DNA from: Thermoanaerobaculia bacterium
GTDB taxonomy: Bacteria > Acidobacteriota > Thermoanaerobaculia > Gp7-AA8
Reading direction: 5' to 3'
DNA length: 64,000 nucleotides
NCBI GenBank assembly: GCA_035546335.1
Contig: DATKDP010000056.1
Coordinates: 120,577 to 184,576 of the forward strand
The notes under the pieces: model-generated
What the model was told of the DNA's origin: nothing
The model's input: the letters and a program-made list of their open reading frames with translations, nothing else
Databases searched by the model: none
Shown: piece after piece, positions 8,265-17,850 of the stretch
How positions within the stretch are numbered: position 1 is the first letter of the stretch
Layout: each line of letters starts with the position of its first letter
Made by a program: the position numbers and the translations under genes

Positions 8265-8900
8265 TCATCGAGTCGCCGCGGCGCGGCCGTTTCCGTCCGG
8301 CAATCGCCGTTCGATCGCATCCCAGTCGATGTTCGAGAAGAACGCCTCGATGTACTTCGGCCGGTCGGATGGCGAATAGTCGAGCAGATACGCATGCTCC
8401 CATACATCCATCACCAGGATGGGGGAAAAGCCGGCGACATTGCCGATCTGATGCTCGCCGACCCAGTGATTCGAAAGGGCCTCGTTCGCCGGATTCCGGA
8501 AGCAGATCGCCCAGCCCACCCCCCGCATCGTGCCGACGCTGGCGAAATCGGCCTTCCAGACCTCGTAGGAAGGGAAGCTCGATTCGATCGCCCGCCGGAA
8601 GGACGAGCCTCGATCGGGCTCGCCGCCTCCCTGCCGTTTCATGTTCTCGAAGTAATACTCGTGCAGAACCATCCCGTTGTACTCGAATCCCAGCCGGCGC
8701 GTGAGCTCGGAGTAGGCGGGCATCTCTTCCTGATCGACGTTTCCGTCGCTCACCAGCTCGGCGATGCGCGCGGTGAGGTCGTTGGTTGCTTTCACGTAGC
8801 CTTCGTAGAGCTTGAAGTGCATCTCGAGTGTCTGATCGGAGATTCCCTGCAAACCATCGAGATCGAACGAGCGGGATTTGTAGACGGTCTGAACACCCAT
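8265..8900 (-). CDS. Fe/Mn-family superoxide dismutase
   Basis: MGVQTVYKSRSFDLDGLQGISDQTLEMHFKLYEGYV ... DVWEHAYLLDY (SOD metal-ligand signature). GGAGGTG RBS upstream of the ATG at 8900. The longer 359-aa ORF is an artefactual N-terminal extension. Confidence 0.85.
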   Translation of the reverse strand: MGVQTVYKSRSFDLDGLQGISDQTLEMHFKLYEGYVKATNDLTARIAELVSDGNVDQEEMPAYSELTRRLGFEYNGMVLHEYYFENMKRQGGGEPDRGSSFRRAIESSFPSYEVWKADFASVGTMRGVGWAICFRNPANEALSNHWVGEHQIGNVAGFSPILVMDVWEHAYLLDYSPSDRPKYIEAFFSNIDWDAIERRLPDGNGRAAATR

Positions 8901-8914
8901 GATCACCTCCGGAT

Positions 8915-9718
8915 TCAACGTGATTGCACGGCCACGCCCCCCCTGCTCGATTCGCCGACTGCCGCGGACTGCGGTTCGCCCGCCGGCAGGGTCTGAAGCT
9001 CGATGACGCGGATTGGAATGCGATCGGGAAACTCTTTCTGGAGCAGTTGCAGGCAGACGTTGTACACCGGAATTCCCGATTTGGTCTTCCCTTCGAGGCT
9101 GCCGTGATGCGCATGCCCATGGAATACGGCGGTCGCGCGGTAACGGATCAGGGGCTCCTCGAGACGACTCGATCCGAGAAACGGAACGATCTCCGGCGGC
9201 TCTCCGACGACCGTCCCCTGGATCGGGGAGTAATGCAGCAGGACGACCCGATTCTCGGTGCGCAGCCCGGCGAGGGCACGCTCGAGCTTGAGAGCCTCGT
9301 TGATCGCCTCCTGAACGAAGTTTTTGATCGCCGCTTCTCCCCATGGTGAGAGCGATCGACGACCGAATCCCCCCGCGAATCCCTTGGCGCCCGCGAAACC
9401 GATTCCCCGCACTTCGACCGCGTCGCCGTCGAGAATGGTGACACCGGCGTCGGTCAGAATGCGAACGACCTCCTCCTCCTGGCCCGCTTCATGATCGTGA
9501 TTGCCGAGCACGGCGAGCATCGGAACCTTGACATTCTTCAGATCCTGCGCGAGCAGTCGCGCCTCCTCCGGGAGCCCGTAATCCGTCATGTCGCCGCAAA
9601 GAAGAAGAATGTCCGCATGCTCGCTGACCTGCGTGAAGAGCGGATTCAGCATTCCACCCGAGGTCTTCCGGTAATGCAGGTCGCCGACGGCACCGATCCG
9701 AATCGTATTCGCGGCCAC
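8915..9718 (-). CDS. calcineurin-like metallophosphoesterase
   Basis: GDLHY, LLLCGDMTDYG, GNHDHE, VLLHYSP, GHAHH motifs. GTG start follows 1 nt after the upstream gene's TGA (TGAgGTG). Confidence 0.75.
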   Translation of the reverse strand: MAANTIRIGAVGDLHYRKTSGGMLNPLFTQVSEHADILLLCGDMTDYGLPEEARLLAQDLKNVKVPMLAVLGNHDHEAGQEEEVVRILTDAGVTILDGDAVEVRGIGFAGAKGFAGGFGRRSLSPWGEAAIKNFVQEAINEALKLERALAGLRTENRVVLLHYSPIQGTVVGEPPEIVPFLGSSRLEEPLIRYRATAVFHGHAHHGSLEGKTKSGIPVYNVCLQLLQKEFPDRIPIRVIELQTLPAGEPQSAAVGESSRGGVAVQSR

Positions 9719-9719
9719 C

Positions 9720-10520
9720 TCAGGTCTCTCCCTGGATCATGGCCGTCCAATAGGCAACGTCTTCCGGCGACATCGTCCCGATTGGTTGAAGGCGTGCATC
9801 CTTGTAGCCGCAGCGACCGATGTCCGCGATGTATTGCGCGCGTGAGAGCAGCGTGCCGAAACAGATCTTTTCCCCGGGTGATGGCGCAGGATCGCGCCTC
9901 AGCTCGACCAGCAGCCCGTCCATGACCTCTTCCGGGATGTTGTCCCTCAGGTCGGGATAGATGAATCCGAACAGGATCAGATGCGCAAGGAGAAGGCGAG
10001 GAAACGGCGCAAAGCGAGCGAGCAGCCGATTCCAGTCGAGCGTCCGGCCGCACGCCTTGATCAGGTGCGCCACATCCGCACCATCGAAACGTTCACGCTC
10101 CATGATGAACGCCTTCGACCAGATCATCTCCTCGGGCGGACAGAGCGTGACCGGAATTCCGAGGACTTCGCCCACGACCGCATGCTCGAACCACTGGTCA
10201 TCCACCAGGGCGATGCCGTTGCCGGCGCCATAGATGAGGTCGATGAACTCGTCTCCGGCGTAGGCCTTGCCGAGCCAGTGCGGGAAGAGCATCTTGGTCC
10301 GAAATCCGGCGTCGGCGAGACGCTCGAGGGCAGGCTCGAGATCCTGCTGGCGGAGAAAGATGTCGAAGTCCTTGGTATTGCGCGCGATCCCCGTATACCA
10401 CTCGAAAGCGTAAGCACCGCCGACGAGCAGATCGATCCCCGATTCGCCCAGGGCTCGAATGGCGTTTCGATAGATCTCCCTGGTGCTCTGCTCCAGTCCA
10501 TTGTCGACCAGAAGTCCCAT
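9720..10520 (-). CDS. nucleotidyltransferase-fold protein (Pol-beta superfamily, uncharacterised NTase family)
   Basis: LLVGGAYAFEWYTGIARNTKDFDIF matches the GS-x(n)-DxD minimal NTase motif. First gene of a three-gene minus-strand operon with the phosphoesterase and SOD. Confidence 0.6.
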   Translation of the reverse strand: MGLLVDNGLEQSTREIYRNAIRALGESGIDLLVGGAYAFEWYTGIARNTKDFDIFLRQQDLEPALERLADAGFRTKMLFPHWLGKAYAGDEFIDLIYGAGNGIALVDDQWFEHAVVGEVLGIPVTLCPPEEMIWSKAFIMERERFDGADVAHLIKACGRTLDWNRLLARFAPFPRLLLAHLILFGFIYPDLRDNIPEEVMDGLLVELRRDPAPSPGEKICFGTLLSRAQYIADIGRCGYKDARLQPIGTMSPEDVAYWTAMIQGET

Positions 10521-10731
10521 AGAAGTCCTCTCCGGGGCCCTTGCGCGCCCGCTGCAAAGACCTCTGCGGCGGAGAATCGCTACCCGTCATTTGCACCTTC
10601 CATGCCGCGCTCTCGCGACCGGTTGGGCCGCACCCGTTGCACAGATGACACATGAAGGTGATTGCATCTTCGGCGATCTGACGTTATGAAAGACGGCGCA
10701 GCTCGAAACTCTCGCCGACAGGAGCCAGCCG

Positions 10732-12261
10732 ATGCGATTTTCACCACGACCTGCACTCGCGATCGTCCTCATCTTCGGTTGCGCCGTCCTCGCCCGGGCC
10801 CAGGACCTTCGTTCCTTCGAAAAGAAGGTGACGACGAAGGTGCTCGACAACGGGCTCACCCTGATCGTCGTCGAGCGCCCGGAAGCTCCGGTGTTCTCGT
10901 TTTTCGTACATGTCGACGCCGGCTCTTCGCAGGAAGTTCCCGGGATCACCGGACTCGCGCACATGTTCGAGCACATGGCCTTCAAAGGGACCGACAAGAT
11001 CGGTACGACCGACTGGCCTGCGGAAAAGGTTGCCCTCGAGCGAGTCGAATCGGCCTATGCCGCCTACAGCCGCGAACGGCTGCGGCAAACAGGGCGTGAC
11101 GAAGCGAGGCTCGCCGAGCTGGAAAAGGGGTGGCGCGACGCGATGGCCGCTGCCGATCAGTACGTCATCCCGAGCGAGTTCGAAGAGATCCTCGAGCGGG
11201 AGGGAGGCCGCGACGCAAACGCGTTCACCAGCAACGACGAGACCGCCTATTTCTACTCGATGCCTTCGAACCGCCTCGAGCTGTGGGCTCATCTCGAATC
11301 CGAGCGCTTTCTCACGCCGGTGATGAGAGAGTTCTACAAAGAACGCGACGTGGTCGTCGAGGAGCGGAGAATGCGTGTGGAGAGCGATCCGTTCGGAATC
11401 CTCTTCGAAGAGTTCCTCGCTCAAGCCTTCGCCGCCCACCCTTACGGCTTGCCGGGAACCGGCTGGCCTTCCGACCTCGAATCGTTCTCGGCAACCGACG
11501 CAATGGAGTTCTATCGAACCTATTACGTCCCGGCGAACATGGTCGTTGCAGTCGTCGGCGATGTCCGGGCGGGAGAGGTGATACCGCTTGCCGAGAAATA
11601 CTACGGACGCCTCCCCTCGGGCGCCGAGCCGCCGACGCTCCGCACCGTGGAGCCTCCGCAGAGCGGCGAGCGGACCGTCCTTCTCCGCCTATCCGCGCAG
11701 CCCGTCTATCTCGAGGGATACCACAAACCGAGCACGCTCCATCCGGACGACTCGATCTACGAAGTCATCGGCGACCTGATGTCGACGGGAAGGACCTCGC
11801 GCCTCTACCGCGCCCTCGTGCGCGATCAGCGGATCGCGGCATGGTCCGCCGGCTTCAATGGTCTGCCCGGGGAGAAGTATCCCAATCTCTTCGCCTTCGC
11901 AGCGATTCCGACGCCGGGACACACTCCCGGCGAGCTGCGCCGAGCCATCCATGCCGAGATCGAGCGCCTGAAAAAAGAGGACGTCACTGACGAGGAGCTG
12001 CGGATGGTCAAGACGCGCGCGAAGGCGGCTCTGATCCGCGGTCTCGACAGCAACGCCGGGCTCGCCGCTCAGCTGGCGACAGCACACGCCCGCCATGGCG
12101 ACTGGCGCGAGCTGTTCCGGCAGGTCGACAAGATCGAAAAGGTGACCAAAGCCGACATTCGCCGCGTGGCGAACGAAGTGTTCGTCGAGTCGAACCGCAC
12201 GGTCGGCATCATCGAGACTCGCACGACCGGCACTCCGAGCCAGGAAGGAACGGACGAATGA
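10732..12261 (+). CDS. M16 (pitrilysin/insulinase) family zinc peptidase, active subunit
   Basis: Signal peptide. HMFEHMAFKGT (HxxEH inverted zincin motif). 509 aa. Confidence 0.85.
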   Translation: MRFSPRPALAIVLIFGCAVLARAQDLRSFEKKVTTKVLDNGLTLIVVERPEAPVFSFFVHVDAGSSQEVPGITGLAHMFEHMAFKGTDKIGTTDWPAEKVALERVESAYAAYSRERLRQTGRDEARLAELEKGWRDAMAAADQYVIPSEFEEILEREGGRDANAFTSNDETAYFYSMPSNRLELWAHLESERFLTPVMREFYKERDVVVEERRMRVESDPFGILFEEFLAQAFAAHPYGLPGTGWPSDLESFSATDAMEFYRTYYVPANMVVAVVGDVRAGEVIPLAEKYYGRLPSGAEPPTLRTVEPPQSGERTVLLRLSAQPVYLEGYHKPSTLHPDDSIYEVIGDLMSTGRTSRLYRALVRDQRIAAWSAGFNGLPGEKYPNLFAFAAIPTPGHTPGELRRAIHAEIERLKKEDVTDEELRMVKTRAKAALIRGLDSNAGLAAQLATAHARHGDWRELFRQVDKIEKVTKADIRRVANEVFVESNRTVGIIETRTTGTPSQEGTDE

Positions 12262-13709
12262 GAGAGCTCAGCAGGAGAAAAACCACAGCCGTCGTTCTGC
12301 TGCTGGTCGCCACATTGACCGCTCCTCTCGCAGCGCAGGTCGAGCACTGGGAGGAGATTCGGATCCCGCCGCTGCGAGCGATGAAAATCGAGCAGCCGAA
12401 AAAGATCGTTCTCGGCAACGGAATGACGATCTTCCTGATGGAGGATCGCGAGCTACCGCTCATCCGCGGCAGCGCAATCGTGCGCGGAGGATCACGCGAC
12501 GAGCCCGCCGCCAGAGTGGGTCTCGCCGATGTCTACGGCGAAGTCTGGAGAACGGGCGGGACGAAGTCGAAGACCGGCGATGAGCTCGACGACTTTCTCG
12601 AAGCTCGTGCCGCGCGCGTCGAGACGGGAAGCGGCATCGACTCGACGACGATCGGCTTCGATACATTGAAGTCGGACTTCGGCGAAGTGTGGACCATCTT
12701 CGTCGATCTTCTTCGCAATCCCGCCTTCCGCCCGGAGAAGATCGTACTCGCCCGAAACCAGCTCGAGACGGTGATCGCACGCCGCAACGACGATCCGCTG
12801 GAAATCGCCGGCCGCGAATCGATCAAGCTCGTCTACGGACCAGCATCTCCCTACGCGCGCACGATCGAATACGCGACCGTCGCTGCGATCACTCGCGACG
12901 ACCTCGCCGCGTGGCACCAGCGACACGTGCATCCGAACAACATCATTCTGGGAATCGTGGGCGACTTCGATACCCGATCGATGGAGCGAACGATCCGAGG
13001 CGCGTTCGAACGCTGGCCGAAAGGCCCGTCCATACCTCGCGCGGATGATGCGATCACCCCGGCCGAGCCGGGCATGTACTTCGTCGCCAAAGACGACGTG
13101 ACGCAGAGCAACATACGGATCGTGCACCTCGGTACGACCCGCAACAACCCCGATTACTGGGCACTCGAGGTCATGAACGAGCTGTTCGGAGGAGGGAGCG
13201 CATCGCGCCTCTACGGCAACATTCGCTCGCGCAAGGGACTCGCATACAGCGTCGGCGGCGGGGTGGGAAGCAGCTACGATCGCCCCGGGGCCTTCCGCGT
13301 GGTGATGGGAACCAGAAGCGGCAGCACCGCGGCAGCAATCGACGCACTTCTCGAGGAGATCGACAGGCTTCAGCGTGATCCGATCACGCCGGCAGAGCTG
13401 AAGCGCGCCAAAGAGACGATTCTCAACTCGTACATTTTTCGCTTCGATCGCAGAGAAAAGATCCTCAACCAGCAGATGCTCCTCGCTTTTTACGGCTATC
13501 CTCCCGACTTCATCGAGCGCTATGCAAAAGAGGTGGAGAAGGTGACAGCCGAGGACGTGAGCCGCGTCGCGAAAAAATACATCGATCGCAATCGCGCGGC
13601 GATCCTCGTGGTCGGCCGCGCGGCCGACTTCGATCGTCCCCTCTCGACCCTCGGTCCCGTCCGGACGATCGACATCACCATCCCCGAACGGAATCCATCA
13701 CTCGAGTGA
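12258..13709 (+). CDS. M16 family peptidase, second (likely non-catalytic) subunit
   Basis: Signal peptide. M16 fold with no HxxEH. ATGA start overlap with the upstream M16 gene. Confidence 0.75.
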   Translation: MRELSRRKTTAVVLLLVATLTAPLAAQVEHWEEIRIPPLRAMKIEQPKKIVLGNGMTIFLMEDRELPLIRGSAIVRGGSRDEPAARVGLADVYGEVWRTGGTKSKTGDELDDFLEARAARVETGSGIDSTTIGFDTLKSDFGEVWTIFVDLLRNPAFRPEKIVLARNQLETVIARRNDDPLEIAGRESIKLVYGPASPYARTIEYATVAAITRDDLAAWHQRHVHPNNIILGIVGDFDTRSMERTIRGAFERWPKGPSIPRADDAITPAEPGMYFVAKDDVTQSNIRIVHLGTTRNNPDYWALEVMNELFGGGSASRLYGNIRSRKGLAYSVGGGVGSSYDRPGAFRVVMGTRSGSTAAAIDALLEEIDRLQRDPITPAELKRAKETILNSYIFRFDRREKILNQQMLLAFYGYPPDFIERYAKEVEKVTAEDVSRVAKKYIDRNRAAILVVGRAADFDRPLSTLGPVRTIDITIPERNPSLE

Positions 13710-13859
13710 GCGTAGCGCCGTCTCCTGCTTCTCTCGCTCAGGATGACCGCAAGGCTTGCTGCGCGATGACTCGGAGGATGACTACCCTGCGACGAGATGC
13801 CGGGCGTATGCTGGGCAACTGATTCCACGAGGGCGGAATCGACGAGCTGCGAGCGATCG

Positions 13860-14771
13860 ATGAGCAGAGACCAGGAGCCATGGCCGGACCTGCCGCTCCA
13901 GGCATGGCAGCCGACCTGCGTGACGCTGCATCTCTGGACACAGATCGCCGGCAAGATCCGGCTCGTTCAGAGTCCGTGGGTCAACCATTCATGGCACGTC
14001 ACACTCTACGTGACGGCACGAGGACTCACGACGTCACCGATTCCGTACGGGACACGTACTTTCCAGATCGACTTCGACTTCATCGATCACCGCTTGACCG
14101 TGGAATCGACGGACGGAGGGCGCGGCGGATTCGCACTCGAGCCGCAGTCGGTGGCCGCCTTCTATTCAAGGCTGATGGACGCGATGCACGCTCTCGGCCT
14201 TCACGTGCGGATCGCCCGGAAACCCAACGAGATCGCCGAGGCAATCCCGTTCGATCGCGATGAGACACACGCGGAATACGATCGGGAGTACGCGAACCGC
14301 TTTTGGCGCGCGCTGGTTCAGGCGGACCGGGTCTTCAAGGCGTTTCGCGGACGCTTCATCGGCAAGTGCAGCCCGGTGCATTTCTTCTGGGGTGGTCCCG
14401 ATCTCGCCGTCACGCGCTTCTCCGGCCGGAGGGCTCCTCAGCATCCGGGCGGAGTTCCCAATCTTCCCGACGAGGTGGCACGCGAGGCCTACTCGCATGA
14501 AGTCAGCAGCTGCGGATTCTGGCCCGGCGGAGGAGCCATTCCCTCCGCCGCCTTCTATTCCTACGCCTACCCGGAGCCTCCCGGATTCGCCGACGCCGTC
14601 GTCGAGCCGGCATCCGCTTTCTACAGCTCCGACCTCCGCGAGTTCATTCTGCCGTACGACGCGGTCAGGAAGGCCGAGTCGCCCGATGATGCACTCCTCG
14701 CATTCCTGCTGACGACCTATGAGGCCGCGGCCGACCTCGGTGGGTGGGATCGTTCCGAGCTGGAAGAGTGA
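13860..14771 (+). CDS. conserved hypothetical protein (DUF5996/Ava_C0101-like)
   Basis: MSRDQEPWPDLPLQAWQPTCVTLHLWTQIAGKIRL...HSWHVTLYVTARGLTT motif recalled from that family. The upstream in-frame ATG at 13797 is the alternative start. Confidence 0.5.
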   Translation: MSRDQEPWPDLPLQAWQPTCVTLHLWTQIAGKIRLVQSPWVNHSWHVTLYVTARGLTTSPIPYGTRTFQIDFDFIDHRLTVESTDGGRGGFALEPQSVAAFYSRLMDAMHALGLHVRIARKPNEIAEAIPFDRDETHAEYDREYANRFWRALVQADRVFKAFRGRFIGKCSPVHFFWGGPDLAVTRFSGRRAPQHPGGVPNLPDEVAREAYSHEVSSCGFWPGGGAIPSAAFYSYAYPEPPGFADAVVEPASAFYSSDLREFILPYDAVRKAESPDDALLAFLLTTYEAAADLGGWDRSELEE

Positions 14772-14826
14772 GGGGCGGTTCAGGTCGTCGCGGCCGCCTT
14801 CGCGGGCATGCCTGTAGAATTATGTC

Positions 14827-15597
14827 GTGATGCGAATCAACCCGCTGCTCGCCGCGAGCCTCATACTCGGATGCGCGCTTCAGACGCCGCTGAATAGATA
14901 CGGCCTGCCGGTCATCGACTCGGTCGCGATCTACCAGAGAAGCGTCCGGCTCGATTCTTCGAAGGCGATGATCGATCTCGCGCGGCACGCACCTTCGATC
15001 CGACTCGACATTCGCTACGCGAGCGAGAACAACTTCATGGGGAAGGTCCTCTACCCGGAGGCCCGTGCGTTTCTACGGCTGCCTGCGGCCGACGCCATCC
15101 GGGCGATTCAGCAGGAGCTGTCGGCTGAAGGAATCGGCCTGAAGATCTTCGACGCCTATCGTCCCTATCACGTCACCGAGATGATGTGGGAGCCGTACAA
15201 GGATCCGAATTATGTCGCCGATCCTGCGAAGGGCTCGCGACACAATCGCGGAGCGGCGGTCGACGTCACGCTCGTTCGCCTCGATTCAGGGGAGGAGCTG
15301 GCCATGCCGACCGCCTACGACGACTTCACGCCGCGCGCCGCGCACGCCTTCACCGATCTCCCCGCAGAGGTCCTCGAGAACCGGGCACGCCTCAGAGCCG
15401 TCATGGAGAAGCATGGATTCGAGGCTCTGGAGTCGGAATGGTGGCATTACGACTACACCGGCTGGCGGCGCTTCGAGCTGATGGATCTTCCCTTTTCAGC
15501 GTTCGGTTCACAGCCGGAAACAGGGGCAATTGGGGAGCGGCCTCCCGGCCCGATCGAGGCGGCGTCCCGCCGCCCCTCCCAAACCACGCAGATCTGA
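14827..15597 (+). CDS. D-alanyl-D-alanine dipeptidase (VanX/DdpX, M15D) lipoprotein
   Basis: Lipobox (ASLILGCA). DIRYASENNF, IFDAYRPYHVTEMMW, GSRHNRGAAVDVTL, EWWHYD motifs. About 35-aa C-terminal low-complexity tail. Confidence 0.75.
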   Translation: MMRINPLLAASLILGCALQTPLNRYGLPVIDSVAIYQRSVRLDSSKAMIDLARHAPSIRLDIRYASENNFMGKVLYPEARAFLRLPAADAIRAIQQELSAEGIGLKIFDAYRPYHVTEMMWEPYKDPNYVADPAKGSRHNRGAAVDVTLVRLDSGEELAMPTAYDDFTPRAAHAFTDLPAEVLENRARLRAVMEKHGFEALESEWWHYDYTGWRRFELMDLPFSAFGSQPETGAIGERPPGPIEAASRRPSQTTQI

Positions 15598-15639
15598 CGA
15601 GGCTCGCCTGGCGATGGCGAGGGCGCCCATGAAGTGCAC

Positions 15640-16077
15640 TCAACCGCCGGGACCGTCCGCTGTCAGGAACGCCTCGAGGGCATCCGCTTCGCTGATCGCC
15701 TTCTCGAGCTGATTCTGCAGAAGGTCGCGAATCGACAGCATTCCGAGCATCCGCCCTGCCTCATCGACCACGGGGAGGTGACGGATGTGGCGTCTGAGCA
15801 TCATGTGCAGAGCGTCCTGCGGATCGTCGCCGGCCTTCACGCTGGTCACCGGCGTGGTCATGACCGTTTCGATCGGCGTCGTTCCCGGATCGCGGCTCGC
15901 GAGAACGATCCTCTCCATCAGATCGCGCTCGGTGAAGATGCCGACGAGCTTGTCGCCAGTCACCACACCGACGCCGCCGACGCGGCGGCCGGACATCATC
16001 TCGACCGCTTCCAGCACGCTGCTGTCCGGAGTCGTCACGACCGGCGGACGCCCCGACAGACGGAGAAGAAGATCCAT
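15640..16077 (-). CDS. CBS-domain pair protein
   Basis: Two CBS repeats (VGIFTERDLM...; HIRHLPVVDEAGRMLGMLSIRDLL). Confidence 0.75.
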   Translation of the reverse strand: MDLLLRLSGRPPVVTTPDSSVLEAVEMMSGRRVGGVGVVTGDKLVGIFTERDLMERIVLASRDPGTTPIETVMTTPVTSVKAGDDPQDALHMMLRRHIRHLPVVDEAGRMLGMLSIRDLLQNQLEKAISEADALEAFLTADGPGG

Positions 16078-16175
16078 CGCTCACCTCCTTGCCTGCTTGA
16101 ATCCTGTCTCAATGTAGGGCTCGACCGGGAGCCGGAGCAAGTCCCTTTCGGAACCAGCGAGCACACACAGGTCGA

Positions 16176-17558
16176 TCAGAATCGGAACACGCCCGACAAG
16201 GAGCCGACCTTGAACGAATCGGAGGTTTCGTACGCGGCGTCGAGCTGAAAGTTCGGCCATGCGAGACCGACTCCCACCGAACGGTGATTCTGATCCTTCG
16301 TGCCGGGGAAGAGAATCGCCGAAGCGACGCGTTGCGGCGAGTCGATCGGCCCCCGATATCGCAAACCGTGCGCAGGCTCGCGCCACCAGCCAACACGGAT
16401 CGCGAGCGGAATCCGCGTCGCGAAGAAGTACTCGGCTCCGGCATGAATCTCGGTGACATCCTTCGTCTCGAACGGATCGGTGAGTGCGCGGATCTCTTCG
16501 TTGATGGAGATGAAATTGTCGGAGAGATTCGAGTAGTCGATCTTCACGGCGTCGACGTTGATCGTCAGAACCGGCATAGGGCGCCACGACACGCCGACTC
16601 CCGAGACATCAGGAACGTGGAACGTGGTTTCGGCGAGCTGCGAAAACGTTCCTCCGGCCACCTGTGCGAAGGTGGGGGCATCGAACTCGCCGCCCGTCTT
16701 GTAGACACCGCCGAAGCTCAGACTCGCCGCCGGCGCCCACTTGAATCCGATCGTGTAGGTGATGTCCGTCTCTTCGTCGATCACCAGCTGCCCGTTCTCC
16801 AGCGTTCCGGTGGCCTGCACTGCGATGCTGCTCGGATTGCCCTGAAAATCCTCTCGGAAGGTGAAGGCGGCCTGCTCGAAGGTCTGGTGCTTGGCAGCAA
16901 ATCCGAGCGAGAGCGTTCCCATCTTCCAGGCCAGTGCCGCGCCGTAGGTCTGCAGATCGACGTCGACCGCAGTCACGAACGGGAGAATGCGGAATTCGAG
17001 ACAGGCGGACTGGTCGCCCGGGTTCTGCCCGATGATCTCGAGACAGCGCTCGAGCGAGACCGGAGCTCCGTTTCGTGGCAGATAGAAATTCGGCACCTGC
17101 TGAACCAGACGACCTCGCGAGTCGAACAGCGGAAGAACCGTCGCAGAGTTCGTGTAGCGCACTGCCTGGTGATAGTAAGCCGCAAAGGCGAAATTTCCCG
17201 CCGGAAAGACCACGCTCGCAAAGGCGACCTCCGCCCGGCGGCTGAACTCGGAGAATTCATCGTTGATCACATCGGGGAAAGTGCCTGAAACAGCGACATC
17301 CTGCGCGACCCTGAAGTTACGCCCCTCGAGCGAAACCTCCGCTTTCCGCAGGATCGTCAGCCCGGCGGGATTGGTCTCGGCTGCCGACGCATCATCGGCC
17401 AGGCCCAGAAACGCTCCTCCCATCCCGAGCGAGCGGGCACCCGGATTGCCGAAGTTGAAGTTGATCCCTGCAAGAGCTTCGATGTCGGTGTTCTGCGCAT
17501 ACAGCGCGAACGGTAGAAGAAGGAAAGCGATTGCCGTCAATGTTGCGTTCTTCGCCAT
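16176..17558 (-). CDS. FadL/TodX-family outer-membrane hydrophobic-compound transporter
   Basis: Signal peptide. ARSLGMGGAFLGLADDASAAETNPAGL N-terminal hatch motif. Beta-rich, ends in aromatic residues (FRF). Confidence 0.7.
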   Translation of the reverse strand: MAKNATLTAIAFLLLPFALYAQNTDIEALAGINFNFGNPGARSLGMGGAFLGLADDASAAETNPAGLTILRKAEVSLEGRNFRVAQDVAVSGTFPDVINDEFSEFSRRAEVAFASVVFPAGNFAFAAYYHQAVRYTNSATVLPLFDSRGRLVQQVPNFYLPRNGAPVSLERCLEIIGQNPGDQSACLEFRILPFVTAVDVDLQTYGAALAWKMGTLSLGFAAKHQTFEQAAFTFREDFQGNPSSIAVQATGTLENGQLVIDEETDITYTIGFKWAPAASLSFGGVYKTGGEFDAPTFAQVAGGTFSQLAETTFHVPDVSGVGVSWRPMPVLTINVDAVKIDYSNLSDNFISINEEIRALTDPFETKDVTEIHAGAEYFFATRIPLAIRVGWWREPAHGLRYRGPIDSPQRVASAILFPGTKDQNHRSVGVGLAWPNFQLDAAYETSDSFKVGSLSGVFRF

Positions 17559-17626
17559 GGGTCGAATGCCTCCGACGATTCGCTGACGTTGCCGAGTCCT
17601 GAAAGCTGAGACAGAGCTGAGTCTAG

Positions 17627-17850
17627 GTGGCAGGCTCGGGGAAAGTCAACTCGGGGCTCGAGGCTCGAGGCTCGAGGCTCGAGGCTCGAGGCTCGGGGCT
17701 CGGGGCTCGGGGCTCGGGGCTCGGGGCTCGGGGCTCGGGGCTCGGGGCTCGAGGATTCCCACGACCTGGATTTCGAGCCTCTAGTCTCGAGCCTCTAGTC
17801 TCGAGCCTCTAGTCTCGAGCCTCTAGTCTCGAGCCTCTAGTCTCGAGGTG
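17627..17850. repeat. tandem heptamer array (GGCTCGA)5(GGCTCGG)8 followed by (TCGAGCCTCTAGTC)5, forming a long imperfect palindrome
   Basis: Direct reading of 17660-17752 and 17773-17848. The 14-mer contains TCGAGCC, the reverse complement of GGCTCGA. Short copies also lie at 49318-49340 and 49690-49715. The proS stop codon (TAG) lies inside the 14-mer array. Confidence 0.9.

Noticed and set aside
8901-9344. Long 359-aa ORF covering the SOD gene with a 147-aa N-terminal extension
   Set aside because: The extension is Arg/Gly-rich low-complexity read-through into the upstream gene. A strong RBS plus ATG at 8900 gives a normal-length SOD.
17627-17850. Possible CRISPR array suggested by regular short repeats
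   Set aside because: The repeats are 7- and 14-nt units with no unique spacers of CRISPR size, and no cas genes are nearby. They are microsatellite-type tandem repeats.
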